Assembly: GCA_025363655.1 (NCBI GenBank)
Contig: JANYDK010000037.1
Location: forward strand, 6,191-70,190
DNA: 64,000 nucleotides
DNA from: Deltaproteobacteria bacterium
GTDB taxonomy: Bacteria; Myxococcota_A; Polyangia; Polyangiales; JADJMO01
Direction of reading: 5' to 3'
The stretch's first letter is position 1; the number at the start of each line of letters is the position of its first letter. The notes below the pieces were generated by a model that worked only from the letters and a program-made list of their open reading frames with translations, did not search any database and was not told the origin of the DNA. Positions 1-10,100 of the stretch are shown one piece after another. Made by a program: the position numbers and the translations under genes.

Positions 1-6
1 CCGCAG

Positions 7-1026
7 GTGCAGACGCAGGCGCATACGGAGGCCGAGCAGCAGCCGGTCCTCCAAGTCGAGGGTCTCTCCAAGTGGTTCCCCGTCGAGCAAGGGATCTTCC
101 GGCGCGGCGACAAACAGTTGCGCGCGGTCGACGGCGTCGATTTGCACGTGCTCCCGGGCGAGACGCTCGGCCTCGTCGGCGAGAGCGGTTGCGGCAAGAG
201 CACGCTCGGTCGCACGGTCTTGCGTCTGCTCGATCCGACGGGCGGGCGCATCGTCTTCCAAGGGAGCGACATCACCCACGTTTCGCAGCGAGATTTGCGG
301 CCGCTCCGTCGGCGCATGCAGATCATCTTCCAAGACCCGTACTCGTCGCTCAACCCGCGGATGACGGTCCGCCAGATCGTCGGCGAGGCGATTCAGATTC
401 ACGGGCTGGCGAAGAACGCGAAAGAAGAAGAGGCGATGGTCGAGGCGCTGCTCCAGCGCGTCGGCATGCGACCCGAGGCGATGAATCGATATCCGCACGA
501 ATTCTCGGGCGGTCAGCGGCAGCGCATCGGCATCGCGCGCGCTCTCGCCGTCAAGCCGACCTTCATCGTCTGTGACGAACCGATCAGCGCGCTCGACGTC
601 TCGATCCAGGCGCAAATCGTCAACCTCCTGCAAGAGCTGCAGGAAGAGATGGGGCTCTCGTATCTCTTCATCTCGCACGACCTCAAGGTGGTCGAGTATC
701 TCGCGCATCGCGTGGCGGTGATGTACCTCGGGCGCGTCGTCGAGCTCGCGCACACCGTCGACCTCTACCAGTTCCGTCACCATCCCTATACGCGTGCGCT
801 GATGAGCGCGATCCCGATCGCCGATCCCGAGAAGCGGCGCGTGCGCATTCTCCTCGAGGGCGACGTTCCGAGCCCGATCGATCCGCCCTCCGCTTGCTCG
901 TTCCATCCGCGTTGCCCGCGCTTCGAGAAGGGGAAGTGCGACGTCGAGACGCCGCCGCTGCGAGAAATCATCGAGGGAACAGGGCATTTCGTCGCGTGTC
1001 ATTTTCCGCATCAGGACGACCCGTGA
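7..1026 (+). CDS. Oligopeptide/dipeptide-type ABC transporter ATP-binding protein (OppF/DppF-like)
   Basis: Walker [13 protein letters not shown] signature [15 protein letters not shown], Walker [13 protein letters not shown], Opp/Dpp-type C-terminal Cys tail (CSFHPRCP...C). The frame is open to the window start, so the true 5-prime end may lie upstream. Confidence 0.9.
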   Translation: MQTQAHTEAEQQPVLQVEGLSKWFPVEQGIFRRGDKQLRAVDGVDLHVLPGETLGLVGESGCGKSTLGRTVLRLLDPTGGRIVFQGSDITHVSQRDLRPLRRRMQIIFQDPYSSLNPRMTVRQIVGEAIQIHGLAKNAKEEEAMVEALLQRVGMRPEAMNRYPHEFSGGQRQRIGIARALAVKPTFIVCDEPISALDVSIQAQIVNLLQELQEEMGLSYLFISHDLKVVEYLAHRVAVMYLGRVVELAHTVDLYQFRHHPYTRALMSAIPIADPEKRRVRILLEGDVPSPIDPPSACSFHPRCPRFEKGKCDVETPPLREIIEGTGHFVACHFPHQDDP

Positions 1027-1739
1027 GCGACGAGCAGGCGCCCGCGAGCTCGTGGGAGAAGCTCGACTCCCGGCTGCAACGCGGCGCAGTCGAGCTCGAC
1101 GAGGTCGTGTCGATCGCACGGCTGCTCTCGACCCATCTCGACGAGCAACATCGTCGCCATCGCATCGACGGTGACCTCTCGCCGGGGCGAATCGAGGTCG
1201 CCGATGGGCAAGAGCCGCGTCTCCTCCCGAAGGGCACCTTCGAGATGCCGAAGGCCTACATCGCGCCGGAGGCTTGGGCCGATCATCCGACGCCGGCGGC
1301 CGATCAGTTCTCGATGGCGTCCATCCTCTACGAAGCGCTCTGCGGCGGTCGCGCGTTTCCTGGCGACACGGTGGAGAAGATTCGTGTGTCGATCACCACT
1401 GGTCAACGCGTGCCGCTCGCGGCGCGGGTCCCGGGGCTCGCCGATGCGGTCGATGGCGTCTTCGAGAAGGCGCTCGCGTTCGATCCCGAGGAGCGCTACG
1501 CGAGTTGTTCGGCGTTCGCCGATGCGCTGGTCGCGGCGATCGAGAAGTCGCGCAAGGCCGAAGGGGTGCTGGTGCAGAAGCCGTCGTCGGCGCCGCGTCC
1601 GTCGAGTCGTCGGCAGATGCTCGGGCGCTACGAGCTCGACGACGGAGGCTCGCCGCCGCTCCCTTGGGGAAAGCTCCTTCTCGCAGCGGTGATGCTGATG
1701 GTCGTCGCCGGGCTCATCGCGCTCTTCTCCGGCAAGTGA
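1023..1739 (+). CDS. Membrane-anchored kinase-like protein (C-lobe only, predicted pseudokinase)
   Basis: APE motif YIAPEAW and C-lobe helices are present. The catalytic loop is degenerate (DGDLSPGRI in place of HRDLKPxN). There is no GxGxxG/VAIK N-lobe. C-terminal TM helix [21 protein letters not shown] 1023 overlaps the upstream TGA (GTGA). Confidence 0.6.
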   Translation: MSDEQAPASSWEKLDSRLQRGAVELDEVVSIARLLSTHLDEQHRRHRIDGDLSPGRIEVADGQEPRLLPKGTFEMPKAYIAPEAWADHPTPAADQFSMASILYEALCGGRAFPGDTVEKIRVSITTGQRVPLAARVPGLADAVDGVFEKALAFDPEERYASCSAFADALVAAIEKSRKAEGVLVQKPSSAPRPSSRRQMLGRYELDDGGSPPLPWGKLLLAAVMLMVVAGLIALFSGK

Positions 1740-1758
1740 CGCTGGGTTAAGACGTCGC

Positions 1759-2625
1759 ATGCTCCCCCCGTCGCTCCCGCCGTGGCCGCTCGTCGATTCG
1801 CTGCTCGTGCGTGCGCTCGAAGAAGACCTCGCCGGTGGTGACCTCACCTCGGAGGCTTGCGTCGAGCCGGGGGTCCGCGCGCACGCGACCTTCGTCGCTC
1901 GTAGCGAGCTCGTCGTCGCCGGGCTGGCGGTGGCCGCGCGCGTCTTCTCGCTCCTCGACGTCAGCGTGAAGATCGGCGACGCGGTCGTCGACGGGACGCG
2001 TGTGCAAAAAGGACACGCGCTCCTCCACGTCGACGGCAATGCGCGCGTCCTCCTCGCGGGTGAACGGGTCGCGCTCAACCTCGCACAGCGCATGTCCGGG
2101 GTCGCCACGCTGACGCGCAAGCACGTCGATGCCCTCCCCGCGGGGTCACGCACCAAGATCGTCGACACGCGCAAGACGACGCCAGGGCTCCGCGCGCTCG
2201 AGCGTTACGCGGTGCGCTGTGGTGGCGGTCACAGTCATCGCGACATGCTCGGCAGCGCGGTCCTCATCAAGGACAACCACATCGTCGCCGCCGGTGGCGT
2301 GACGGCGGCCATCACCCGTGCGCGTGCTTCGGCGCCCCACACCTGCAAAATCGAGTGTGAAGTCGAGTCGTTCGCGCAGCTCGACGAGGCGCTGGCGGCG
2401 GGGGCCGACATCGTCCTCCTCGACAACATGGACGACGACATGACGCGGGAAGCCGTCGGCCGTGTGCGCGCGAAGGTCGGCGATCGCGTGCTCGTAGAGG
2501 CCTCGGGCGGCATCTCGCTCCCGCGCATCGGCGCGCTCGCGTCGCTCGGGGTCGACGTCATCTCCGTCGGTGCCCTCACGCATTCGGCTCCGGCGGCCGA
2601 CGTCGCGCTCGATCTGTCCTTGTGA
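1759..2625 (+). CDS. nadC: Nicotinate-nucleotide pyrophosphorylase (quinolinate phosphoribosyltransferase)
   Basis: ERVALNLAQRMSGVAT, DTRKTTPGLR, RCGGGHSHR and VLIKDNHI motifs typical of NadC; 288 aa. Confidence 0.9.
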   Translation: MLPPSLPPWPLVDSLLVRALEEDLAGGDLTSEACVEPGVRAHATFVARSELVVAGLAVAARVFSLLDVSVKIGDAVVDGTRVQKGHALLHVDGNARVLLAGERVALNLAQRMSGVATLTRKHVDALPAGSRTKIVDTRKTTPGLRALERYAVRCGGGHSHRDMLGSAVLIKDNHIVAAGGVTAAITRARASAPHTCKIECEVESFAQLDEALAAGADIVLLDNMDDDMTREAVGRVRAKVGDRVLVEASGGISLPRIGALASLGVDVISVGALTHSAPAADVALDLSL

Positions 2626-2653
2626 GGGGTGGCGTGCGCTATTCTCGGCAGCG

Positions 2654-4297
2654 ATGGAGCCGACAGCAGCGGGGGTGCTGGCGAAGACGCCGCTCGCGCA
2701 CCTCATCGTCTACTGCGTGGAGAAGCGGCTCCGCGGCGCGCTCGTCTTTCGGCCCGAGGGCGACACCGAGGCTGCCAACGCCGACGTGGTCACGCTCGTC
2801 GATGGCTTCCCCGCGAAGATTCGTCTGGCCGATTCGATCGAGCACCTCGGTCGCGTACTCCTCGAGCTCGGGGCCATCGACGAGGCCGCGTACAACGAGT
2901 CGCTGATGGCGATGTCCCGCGGCGAAGGGCTGCAGGGACAAATCCTCATCGAAATGGGGAAACTCGACGCTGGTACGCTCGAGCGTGGGCTGCGCACGCA
3001 GATCGGGCGCAAGCTCGGTCACGTCTTCTCGCGCCCCGCGAGCACGACCTACGCGTACTACGACGGACAAGATTTTCTCGGACGCTACGGTGGTCCCGAG
3101 CTCCATCCGGTCGATCCCTTTCCGACGATGTGGGCCGGCATCCGGATGCATCCTTCGCCGCAGCACGTCGACGCGACGCTCGAGCGCGTGGTCGGTCAGA
3201 CGATGCGACTGCGCGATCCGAACGCGGTTCGCTTCGAGCTTTCGCGCTCCGAGCGTTCGCTCCTCGAGTTGCTGGCACGGGCGCCGGTCACCGTCGAGCA
3301 GGTCATCGAGAGCGCGGTCGCCGACACGCGATCGACGCGGTTGCTCGTCTACGCGCTCCTCATCTCCAAGCAGCTGGAGCTCAGCGGTCCCAAGGGGCAA
3401 TCGATGGCTCCGCGCGGCTACAGCAGCATTCCATCGCCGGCACGCGTGGAAATCTCGCAGGTGGTCACCAGCCCCGCCGAGCTCGCGCGCACGTCGTCGG
3501 CGCCGGCGCCGAGCACGCCCGTGAGCACGCCCGAAGGTCCGGCGACGGGCCTACGCGCCGAGATCCTCGCGAAGGCAAAGGCGATCGCGAAAGAGAACTA
3601 CTTCGAGATGCTCGGCCTTCCGCGGGACGCCAAAGAGGATGACGCGAAGAACGCGTATTTCCGCCTGGTGAAGACCTGGCACCCCGATCGCTTGCCGATC
3701 GAGCTCGGTGATTTGAAGTCCGAGGTCGGTCGCGTCTTCGCGCTCATGGCCGAGGCCTACCAGACCCTGAGCGATCAAGATCGCCGCATCAAGTATCTGC
3801 AGGTGCTCAAAGAGGGCGGAGGCACGCCGGAAGAGCAGGCCGAGGTCGCGCGGGCGATGGAGGCGGCGGGCGCTTACCAGAAGGCTGATTTCTTGGTCGG
3901 CAAGGCTGCCTTCGTCGACGCCGAGCCGCTCGCCAAGCTCGCGCACGAGCTCGATCCGACGGTGCCCGATCACGTGGTGCTCTGGTACTGGGTGCAGGCG
4001 AACAAGCCCGAGCGGCGCGAGGCAGGTCGCTACGACGATCTCATCCAGCTCCTCGGCGCCGTGCTCGCCGATCATCCGCGGCACGAGCGAGCGCGCTTCT
4101 ATCGCGCGTCGCTCTTGAAGATGGCCGGCCGAATCAGCGACGCCATGCGCGATTTCAAGGAGATCGTCGAGGCGAACCCGAAGCACACCGAGTCGGTTCG
4201 CGAGGTGCGGCTCTACACGATGCGCCAAGATCGCGACAAGAAGCAGAAGGACGAGGGGGCGGGCTCGCTCTTCGGCCGGTTCATGAAGAAGAAGTGA
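2654..4297 (+). CDS. J-domain (DnaJ-like) protein with DUF4388-like N-terminus and helical TPR-like C-terminus
   Basis: J-domain with HPD (ENYFEMLGL...YFRLVKTWHPDRL). ATG 2654 was chosen because the longer ORF start at 2570 overlaps nadC. Confidence 0.8.
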   Translation: MEPTAAGVLAKTPLAHLIVYCVEKRLRGALVFRPEGDTEAANADVVTLVDGFPAKIRLADSIEHLGRVLLELGAIDEAAYNESLMAMSRGEGLQGQILIEMGKLDAGTLERGLRTQIGRKLGHVFSRPASTTYAYYDGQDFLGRYGGPELHPVDPFPTMWAGIRMHPSPQHVDATLERVVGQTMRLRDPNAVRFELSRSERSLLELLARAPVTVEQVIESAVADTRSTRLLVYALLISKQLELSGPKGQSMAPRGYSSIPSPARVEISQVVTSPAELARTSSAPAPSTPVSTPEGPATGLRAEILAKAKAIAKENYFEMLGLPRDAKEDDAKNAYFRLVKTWHPDRLPIELGDLKSEVGRVFALMAEAYQTLSDQDRRIKYLQVLKEGGGTPEEQAEVARAMEAAGAYQKADFLVGKAAFVDAEPLAKLAHELDPTVPDHVVLWYWVQANKPERREAGRYDDLIQLLGAVLADHPRHERARFYRASLLKMAGRISDAMRDFKEIVEANPKHTESVREVRLYTMRQDRDKKQKDEGAGSLFGRFMKKK

Positions 4298-4298
4298 C

Positions 4299-7277
4299 GT
4301 GAACGCGCGCTTCGCCAGGCTTCGTGCGCTCGCCGAGGCGTGCGATGCGGCCGTCGCCACCGAGGTGCGCGCGCTCCTCCCGCGCGACGTCGACGAAGGT
4401 ACGTCGGTGTTGGCGCAGGTGATCTCCGCGGTGTATCCCGCGCTGCGTCCGCTCGCCGTCTCGCGGGTCGATGCGCTCGGGCAGATCGCCAAGGAAGGCT
4501 GGCGCGCGCCGCGCAAACGCGCCGAATTGGTGCGACGAATCCTCACTGCCTGCGGTGGCAAGGCCGAAGACGGCGCGGCCGTGCGCAAGGGCCTTCGTCG
4601 GGCGACGGCGGCCGAGAGGTTGCGCATCGCTCTTCGCGAGCTCGAGCCGGAGATCGAAATCGACGTCACGGCCCGCGAGTGGAGCGATCTCGCGGAGGCG
4701 CAGCTGGAAATCGCGCTCCTCGAAGCGCGCATCCACGTCGAGGCTCGCTTCGGGCCGATCGTCGGCGGCGGCGGAGAACGCAACGGGTTCGTCGTCATCG
4801 GGCTCGGCAAATTGGGCGGCGCCGAGCTCAACGCCGGGAGCGACGTCGACCTCATGTTCATCCACGAGAGCGATGAAGGCTGGGCGTCGCGTGTCGCTAC
4901 CATCGGAGAAGGAAGTGGTCGCGACGACGTCGATGCGCTCCGGCCGTTCGACGCCTTCACGCGCATCGCCAGGCGACTCGTCCCCACGCTCGAGGAGCAC
5001 GACGACGACGGCTTCTGCGCGCGCATCGATTTGCGTCTTCGTCCCGAGGGTGGCAGCGGCCCGCTCACCAACTCGATCGCTGCCGCGGCCACTTATTACG
5101 AGACGTTCGGACGTGGCTGGGAGCGGGCGGCGCTCGTTCGTGCGCGGCCGGTGGCAGGTGATCTAGGCGTCGGTGAACGCGCGCTCGCCGAGCTCGTGCC
5201 CTTCGTCCATCGACGCACCGTCGATCCCTCGATCGCCGCCGAAATGCACGAAATGGTGCGTCGCGCGCGGGTCGAGCTCTCCGATGCGCCGGCACGCGAT
5301 CTCAAGCTCGGGCATGGCGGCATCCGCGAGGCGGAGTTTTTCGTGCAGACGCTGCAGCTGATCTGGGGCGGCAAAGATCCATCGGTGCGCGCGCAGAACA
5401 CCCTCGACGGTCTGCGGCGTCTCCGTGCGCGTGGATACGTCACCGATCGCGAGGCGCGCGGGATCGAGTCGGGGCTCCTCTTGCTGCGTCGCATCGAGCA
5501 TCGCGTGCAGCTTGCGAGCGGGGTGCAGACGCACCTCTTGCCGGAGCCGGGGCCGGAGCGAGAACGGCTCGCGCGCTCGCTCGGTCATCGCAACGAAGCG
5601 GCGCTCCTCCAGGCGCTCGATCGCGCGCGCACACGAATCGCCGAGCGTTTTGCGTCGCTGACGGCGGGTCGCGGCTCGCGGGAGGGACGCGAAGACGCGC
5701 GGATCGACGCCGTGCTCCGGGCCTTCGATGCGCAGGATGGAGAGCTCGAGCTCGAGACCGACGTCCTCGAGCTCGGTCTCTCGCCGGAGCGCATCGCTGC
5801 GTTGCGTGCGCTCGCACGGAGGCCCGATGCGCCGCTCGGAGGGCGCACCCGCGAACGTCATCCGAGCTTCGCCCGCGCGCTCGTCGCCGCCATCCTCGAT
5901 GCCGCGGATCCCGACTTGGCCGCGGGTCTCGTGCGCACGTTCTTCGAGCGACTGTCGCCGCCGGGGGTCGAGAGCTACGTCAAGGCGCTCGCCACCGACG
6001 AGCGTGCGCTCCGTCGCTTCGTCGGGCTCTGCGGCACCAGCGCCTACCTAGGCGGCTCGCTCGTCGGTCACCCCGAGCTCGTCGATCGGCTCATTTTCAC
6101 GCCTCCGGTGGTGAGCGATGCCGGCCGAGGCGCGCGTCTCCTCGCGGAAGAAGTCGCTCAACTCGGGCACGATGCGCGGAGCGATCCGGAAGAGTTCGTG
6201 GGAGCGCTGCGGCGGGCCAAGGCGTCCCTCGAGCTCGAGGTCGGGCTCGCCGATCTCGCGGGGGAGATCGACACCCGCTCGGCGTCGCGCGCGCTCTCGA
6301 CGATGGCCGAGGCGACCGTCGAGTCTGCGACCGTGTGGGCCCTCGAAGAGCACGCACGCAGACGTGGCGTCGGTCATCTCCGCGGGCTCGCGGTCTTGGC
6401 GATGGGCAAGCTCGGAGGGCGGGAAATCGGCTACGGATCCGATCTCGACGTCGTCTTCGTCTACGACCCGACGGCCCTCGACGAGGTGGGAGTCGATCGC
6501 TTCGAGGCGGGAGAAATCTACGGTCGCATCGCCGCGCGCATCGTCCGCTTGCTGGCGACGCCGCACGCCGATGGTCCGGGCTACGAGCTCGACACGCGCC
6601 TTCGCCCGAGCGGCGAGCAAGGACACCTCGTCGTCTCCATCGACGCGTTTCGTGCGTATCACTCCGGTCAGAGCGCGGCCGGTGATGCGTTTCCCAAGGC
6701 CGCCGATTGGGAGCGGCAAGCGCTCTTGCGACTCCGTGCGTGCGCGGGAGATCCACTCGTGGGGCGCGCCGCCGAAGAGATCGCGCGCGCCGCTGCCTAT
6801 GCACGTGGTCCGGCCTCGGCCGAAGAGCTCTTGCGCATGCGTGGTCGGCTCGAGAGTGAAATCGCGCGGGAAAGACAGGGTCGATACGACGTGAAGCTGG
6901 GCAAGGGCGGGCTCGCCGACGTCGAGTTCGCGGTGCAGTCGCTGCAGATGAGGCATGGCAGCGATCCCTCGGTGTGCTCGACGGAGACGCTCTCTGCGCT
7001 CGATGCGCTCGAGGCCCATGGTGCGCTCAGGCCGCAACAAGCGACGACGCTCCGTGATGGGTATCGTTTCCTCCGTCGTCTCGAGCAACGCGCGCGCATC
7101 GTCCATGGTTCGGCGGCGGCGCTCCTCGAAGAAGGCGCAGCTGGCTTGCCGCCGCTCGCGCGAAGCATGGGCTATCGCGATGGCGTCGAGCGCACGGCGG
7201 TCGAGCAGATGTTGGCCGCTTACGGCGACGTCACCACCGAAGTGCGCGCGGTCTTTCTCGAGGTCGTGAATGGGTGA
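4299..7277 (+). CDS. glnE: Bifunctional glutamine synthetase adenylyltransferase/adenylyl-removing enzyme
   Basis: Two nucleotidyltransferase modules (GLGKLGGAELNAGSDVDLMFIHE and AMGKLGGREIGYGSDLDVVFVYD); 992 aa. Confidence 0.9.
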   Translation: MNARFARLRALAEACDAAVATEVRALLPRDVDEGTSVLAQVISAVYPALRPLAVSRVDALGQIAKEGWRAPRKRAELVRRILTACGGKAEDGAAVRKGLRRATAAERLRIALRELEPEIEIDVTAREWSDLAEAQLEIALLEARIHVEARFGPIVGGGGERNGFVVIGLGKLGGAELNAGSDVDLMFIHESDEGWASRVATIGEGSGRDDVDALRPFDAFTRIARRLVPTLEEHDDDGFCARIDLRLRPEGGSGPLTNSIAAAATYYETFGRGWERAALVRARPVAGDLGVGERALAELVPFVHRRTVDPSIAAEMHEMVRRARVELSDAPARDLKLGHGGIREAEFFVQTLQLIWGGKDPSVRAQNTLDGLRRLRARGYVTDREARGIESGLLLLRRIEHRVQLASGVQTHLLPEPGPERERLARSLGHRNEAALLQALDRARTRIAERFASLTAGRGSREGREDARIDAVLRAFDAQDGELELETDVLELGLSPERIAALRALARRPDAPLGGRTRERHPSFARALVAAILDAADPDLAAGLVRTFFERLSPPGVESYVKALATDERALRRFVGLCGTSAYLGGSLVGHPELVDRLIFTPPVVSDAGRGARLLAEEVAQLGHDARSDPEEFVGALRRAKASLELEVGLADLAGEIDTRSASRALSTMAEATVESATVWALEEHARRRGVGHLRGLAVLAMGKLGGREIGYGSDLDVVFVYDPTALDEVGVDRFEAGEIYGRIAARIVRLLATPHADGPGYELDTRLRPSGEQGHLVVSIDAFRAYHSGQSAAGDAFPKAADWERQALLRLRACAGDPLVGRAAEEIARAAAYARGPASAEELLRMRGRLESEIARERQGRYDVKLGKGGLADVEFAVQSLQMRHGSDPSVCSTETLSALDALEAHGALRPQQATTLRDGYRFLRRLEQRARIVHGSAAALLEEGAAGLPPLARSMGYRDGVERTAVEQMLAAYGDVTTEVRAVFLEVVNG

Positions 7278-7289
7278 GACGCTCTCACC
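7273..7289. terminator. Hairpin GGTGAGA-CGC-TCTCACC embedding both convergent stop codons
   Basis: 7-bp perfect stem with a 3-nt loop. The glnE TGA (7275-7277) and the minus-strand TGA (7285-7287) sit in opposite arms. No U-tract. Confidence 0.4.
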
Positions 7290-7647
7290 ACGCCGCGCGC
7301 GTGCAGTGCGAGCAGTCCGCCCACTTGTAACAACCGCCGCCCGAGGTGCCTTTGCCGCCGTCGCACGAGTCGAGGCTGAAACACTCGGCCTTCGTCGCGC
7401 CGTCGTAGGGAGCATGGACCCAGCAGTAGTTGCCCGTCGTGTTCTCCATCCAATAGCAACCGGCCCCCTCGATGCGCGTGCACGGATCGGCCTTCTGGGG
7501 CGCTTCGCTCGCGGCGGGAGGTGCGGGTGCCTTCGAGGCCGCCACCGGATCGGCGACGATGGGGAGCGGCTGACTGCACGCAGCGAAAAGCGCGGCGAGT
7601 GCGCCGAGCGTGCCGAGCATGCCGAGCATCGAGAGTGTGCGCATCAT
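7285..7647 (-). CDS. Small Cys-rich lipoprotein, unknown function
   Basis: Signal peptide with lipobox (ALAALFAAC) and a Pro/Ala linker, followed by a Cys/Trp-rich C-terminal module with 8 Cys (CYWMENTTGNYCW...CYKWADCSHC). Confidence 0.6.
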   Translation of the reverse strand: MMRTLSMLGMLGTLGALAALFAACSQPLPIVADPVAASKAPAPPAASEAPQKADPCTRIEGAGCYWMENTTGNYCWVHAPYDGATKAECFSLDSCDGGKGTSGGGCYKWADCSHCTRAAW

Positions 7648-7790
7648 CTACCTCCCAGGTTCACGTTTCCTCGTCACAACGCTCGAACCGCCGCAGTGGA
7701 TTCCGCGAGCAGCCGCGCTTGCTACCAAGTTCTTCCCGCGCTCTTCTCGCGCATCACGTGGAACGTGCGCGCGGCGCATCGGGGGGGGCC

Positions 7791-8588
7791 ATGGATTCCA
7801 TCGAACAGTTCAAAGAGAACCAGAAACAGGCCTGGAAGTCGTTTGCGTCGCTCGAAATGTTCACTTCGTTGGGGGCGCCGGCGCTGGTGAGGTTCGCGTC
7901 GGTCGCCAGCGGCGCCAAAGTGCTCGACGTCGGTTGTGGCACCGGTGTCGTCGCGATCCACGCGGCGACGAAGGGCGCGCGCGTCACCGGTGTCGATCTC
8001 ACGCCGGAGCTGATCGAGCACGCGAAGGCCAACACCGAGATCGCCGGCGTATCGCTGGAATGGAGGGTCGGGGACGCCGAAGCCCTGCCCTTCGCCGACG
8101 GTTCGTTCGACGTCGTGCTCAGCCAGTTCGGGCACATGTTCGCGCCGCGGCCGGAGGTCGCCGTCGCCGAGATGTTGCGCGTCCTCCGACCCGGAGGCGT
8201 CGTCGCTTTTTCGACGTGGCCGCCCGAGTTGTTCACTGGGCGCTTCTTCGCGCTCAACGGCCGTTACGCGCCGCCGCCGCCGCCGGGGATCGCGCCGCCG
8301 ACGCAGTGGGGTGATCCCAACGTCGTTCGCGCGCGTCTCGGGGAAGGAGTGCGCGACGTGCGCTTCGACCGGAGCTCGATCATGCTGCCGGCCGTGAGCG
8401 CTCGTCACGTGCGACCGTTCATGGAGGCCAACATGGGACCGCTCGCCCGGCTGGTGAAGATGCTCGCGAGCGAGCCGGAGAAGCTGGCGGCCTTTCGCCG
8501 TGACATCGACGCGCTCGTCGAAGAGTACTTCGAGGACAACCGCCTGCGACAAGATTTTCTCATGTCGCGCGCGACCAAGCTCGGCTGA
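7791..8588 (+). CDS. Class I SAM-dependent methyltransferase
   Basis: SAM-binding motif VLDVGCGTGVVA and post-II motif LRPGGVVAFSTW. ATG 7791 chosen; the upstream part of the ORF is Arg-rich off-frame-like sequence. Confidence 0.85.
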   Translation: MDSIEQFKENQKQAWKSFASLEMFTSLGAPALVRFASVASGAKVLDVGCGTGVVAIHAATKGARVTGVDLTPELIEHAKANTEIAGVSLEWRVGDAEALPFADGSFDVVLSQFGHMFAPRPEVAVAEMLRVLRPGGVVAFSTWPPELFTGRFFALNGRYAPPPPPGIAPPTQWGDPNVVRARLGEGVRDVRFDRSSIMLPAVSARHVRPFMEANMGPLARLVKMLASEPEKLAAFRRDIDALVEEYFEDNRLRQDFLMSRATKLG

Positions 8589-8607
8589 GCTTCGGCGAAG
8601 GGCCGGC

Positions 8608-10062
8608 TCACTTCAACGTCATCGTCACCTGCACCTTGGCGGCGCCCGCGTCGCTCTTCACGAGGACCACGCCCGGGTGCGTCGCGTCGTAGCAGGCGCC
8701 CGTCAGTTGCATGTCGACGCCCGAAGGCGCGATGCGGGCGGGCAACGCGATTTCGCTGACACCGCTCGGATCGGGCGTGAAACCGAGCGTGAACGTCTTC
8801 TTCGTGGAGTCGTACGTCGTGACCACGTCCTTGCCCGCGGTGGCGCGCGCGTAGGGACGCACGAGGGCGCTCGTGAGCTTCCATTCGGTGCCGTCGGGCC
8901 TCACCAAGCTGAATCCTTCGGCGTTCCAATCGTCGGCGGCGACGCTGTACTCCCACTCGCTGCTGCTCATCAGTTGATCGTCGAAGGCGTCGTAGTGCCA
9001 CGTCATGTCGGCGATGGTGTCGGGGTTGTCGCGATCGGGATGACCGAATTCGCCGAGAAAAATGGGCACGCTCCACGCAGTGCCGACGGCGGCCCACTTC
9101 TCGATGCCGTTGTGGATGACGTCGCTCTCGAGCGGAGGGAGCGGGTAGAAGTGTGGCGCGAAGACCATCCCGTCGCCGGTGGGCCGCTCGAGCTTGGTCG
9201 AGGCGAAGCCGCCATCAAAGCCGATCGGCTCGACGAACACCAACGTCTGCGGTGCGGCAGCGCGAAGCCGGGCGAGCATCTTGGTGTAGAAGTTCTTCAG
9301 CGTCGTCTGCTCGAAGGCGCCTGATTCCTTGGTGCCGGGGCTCGGCTCGTTGATCGGATCGAAGGCGAAGACGCCGGGTCGATCTTTGTAGCGCGCGGCG
9401 AGCCGATCCCAGAGCGCGAGGTAGTCGACCATGACCGTGCTGCCGTCGGCCCAGAACCCATCGAACGCGCTGCGCACGGCGGGGTCGCTGAGATAGGCGA
9501 GACCCCAGCTCGGACAGTCGTGATGGGGCGCGGGGAGCTTCGAAGGATCGGGGAGCGTCCACGGTGGGAAGCCGTCGCCGCAGAAATTCTCGGCGTAGAT
9601 GTCTTGATGAAAGTCGACGAGGACGCGAATTCCGCGCTTCCACGCCGCATCGATGAGCGCGTCGTAGCGCTTCAAGAAAGCCTCGTCGTCCTTGCCCTTG
9701 GTCGGCTCGACGGCTGCCCAGGTGAACGGCAAACGAACGACGTTCAGGCCCCACGCGGCGATGCGATCCATGTACGACGCGAGCGCGCTGTCGAACGTCG
9801 CGTCGGTGAAATCGAAGGGCATGTACGGCGCCCACTTCGAGCGCCCGCCGGCGTTGACTCCGCGGAGGAGCACGAGCCGATTCTGCGCATCTCGGAAGTG
9901 ACGCCCGTCGGTGTGGAGGCGCCAATCGGTGGCGGCAGGGACGGCGAGCGTGCACGTCGGAGCGGACGCGGTGACCGGGTCGCTCGAGCTGCCGTGGCAC
10001 GCGGAGAGGGTGGTGGTGAGGGCGAGGGAGAGGAGCGTGAGAGAAGCGAAGGCGTGGCGCAC
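8608..10062 (-). CDS. Glycoside hydrolase family 5 lipoprotein (endoglycoceramidase/cellulase-like)
   Basis: GLNVVRLPFTWAAVEP, DFHQDIYAENFCGDGFPPW, FDPINEP (acid/base Glu). GTG 10062 gives the lipoprotein signal VRHAFASLTLLSLALTTTLSAC. An alternative GTG at 10104 overlaps the upstream stop. Confidence 0.8.
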   Translation of the reverse strand: MRHAFASLTLLSLALTTTLSACHGSSSDPVTASAPTCTLAVPAATDWRLHTDGRHFRDAQNRLVLLRGVNAGGRSKWAPYMPFDFTDATFDSALASYMDRIAAWGLNVVRLPFTWAAVEPTKGKDDEAFLKRYDALIDAAWKRGIRVLVDFHQDIYAENFCGDGFPPWTLPDPSKLPAPHHDCPSWGLAYLSDPAVRSAFDGFWADGSTVMVDYLALWDRLAARYKDRPGVFAFDPINEPSPGTKESGAFEQTTLKNFYTKMLARLRAAAPQTLVFVEPIGFDGGFASTKLERPTGDGMVFAPHFYPLPPLESDVIHNGIEKWAAVGTAWSVPIFLGEFGHPDRDNPDTIADMTWHYDAFDDQLMSSSEWEYSVAADDWNAEGFSLVRPDGTEWKLTSALVRPYARATAGKDVVTTYDSTKKTFTLGFTPDPSGVSEIALPARIAPSGVDMQLTGACYDATHPGVVLVKSDAGAAKVQVTMTLK

Positions 10063-10100
10063 GGGTGGATGACAGCAGTCAGGGCGGGGTTCGTCCAGGC

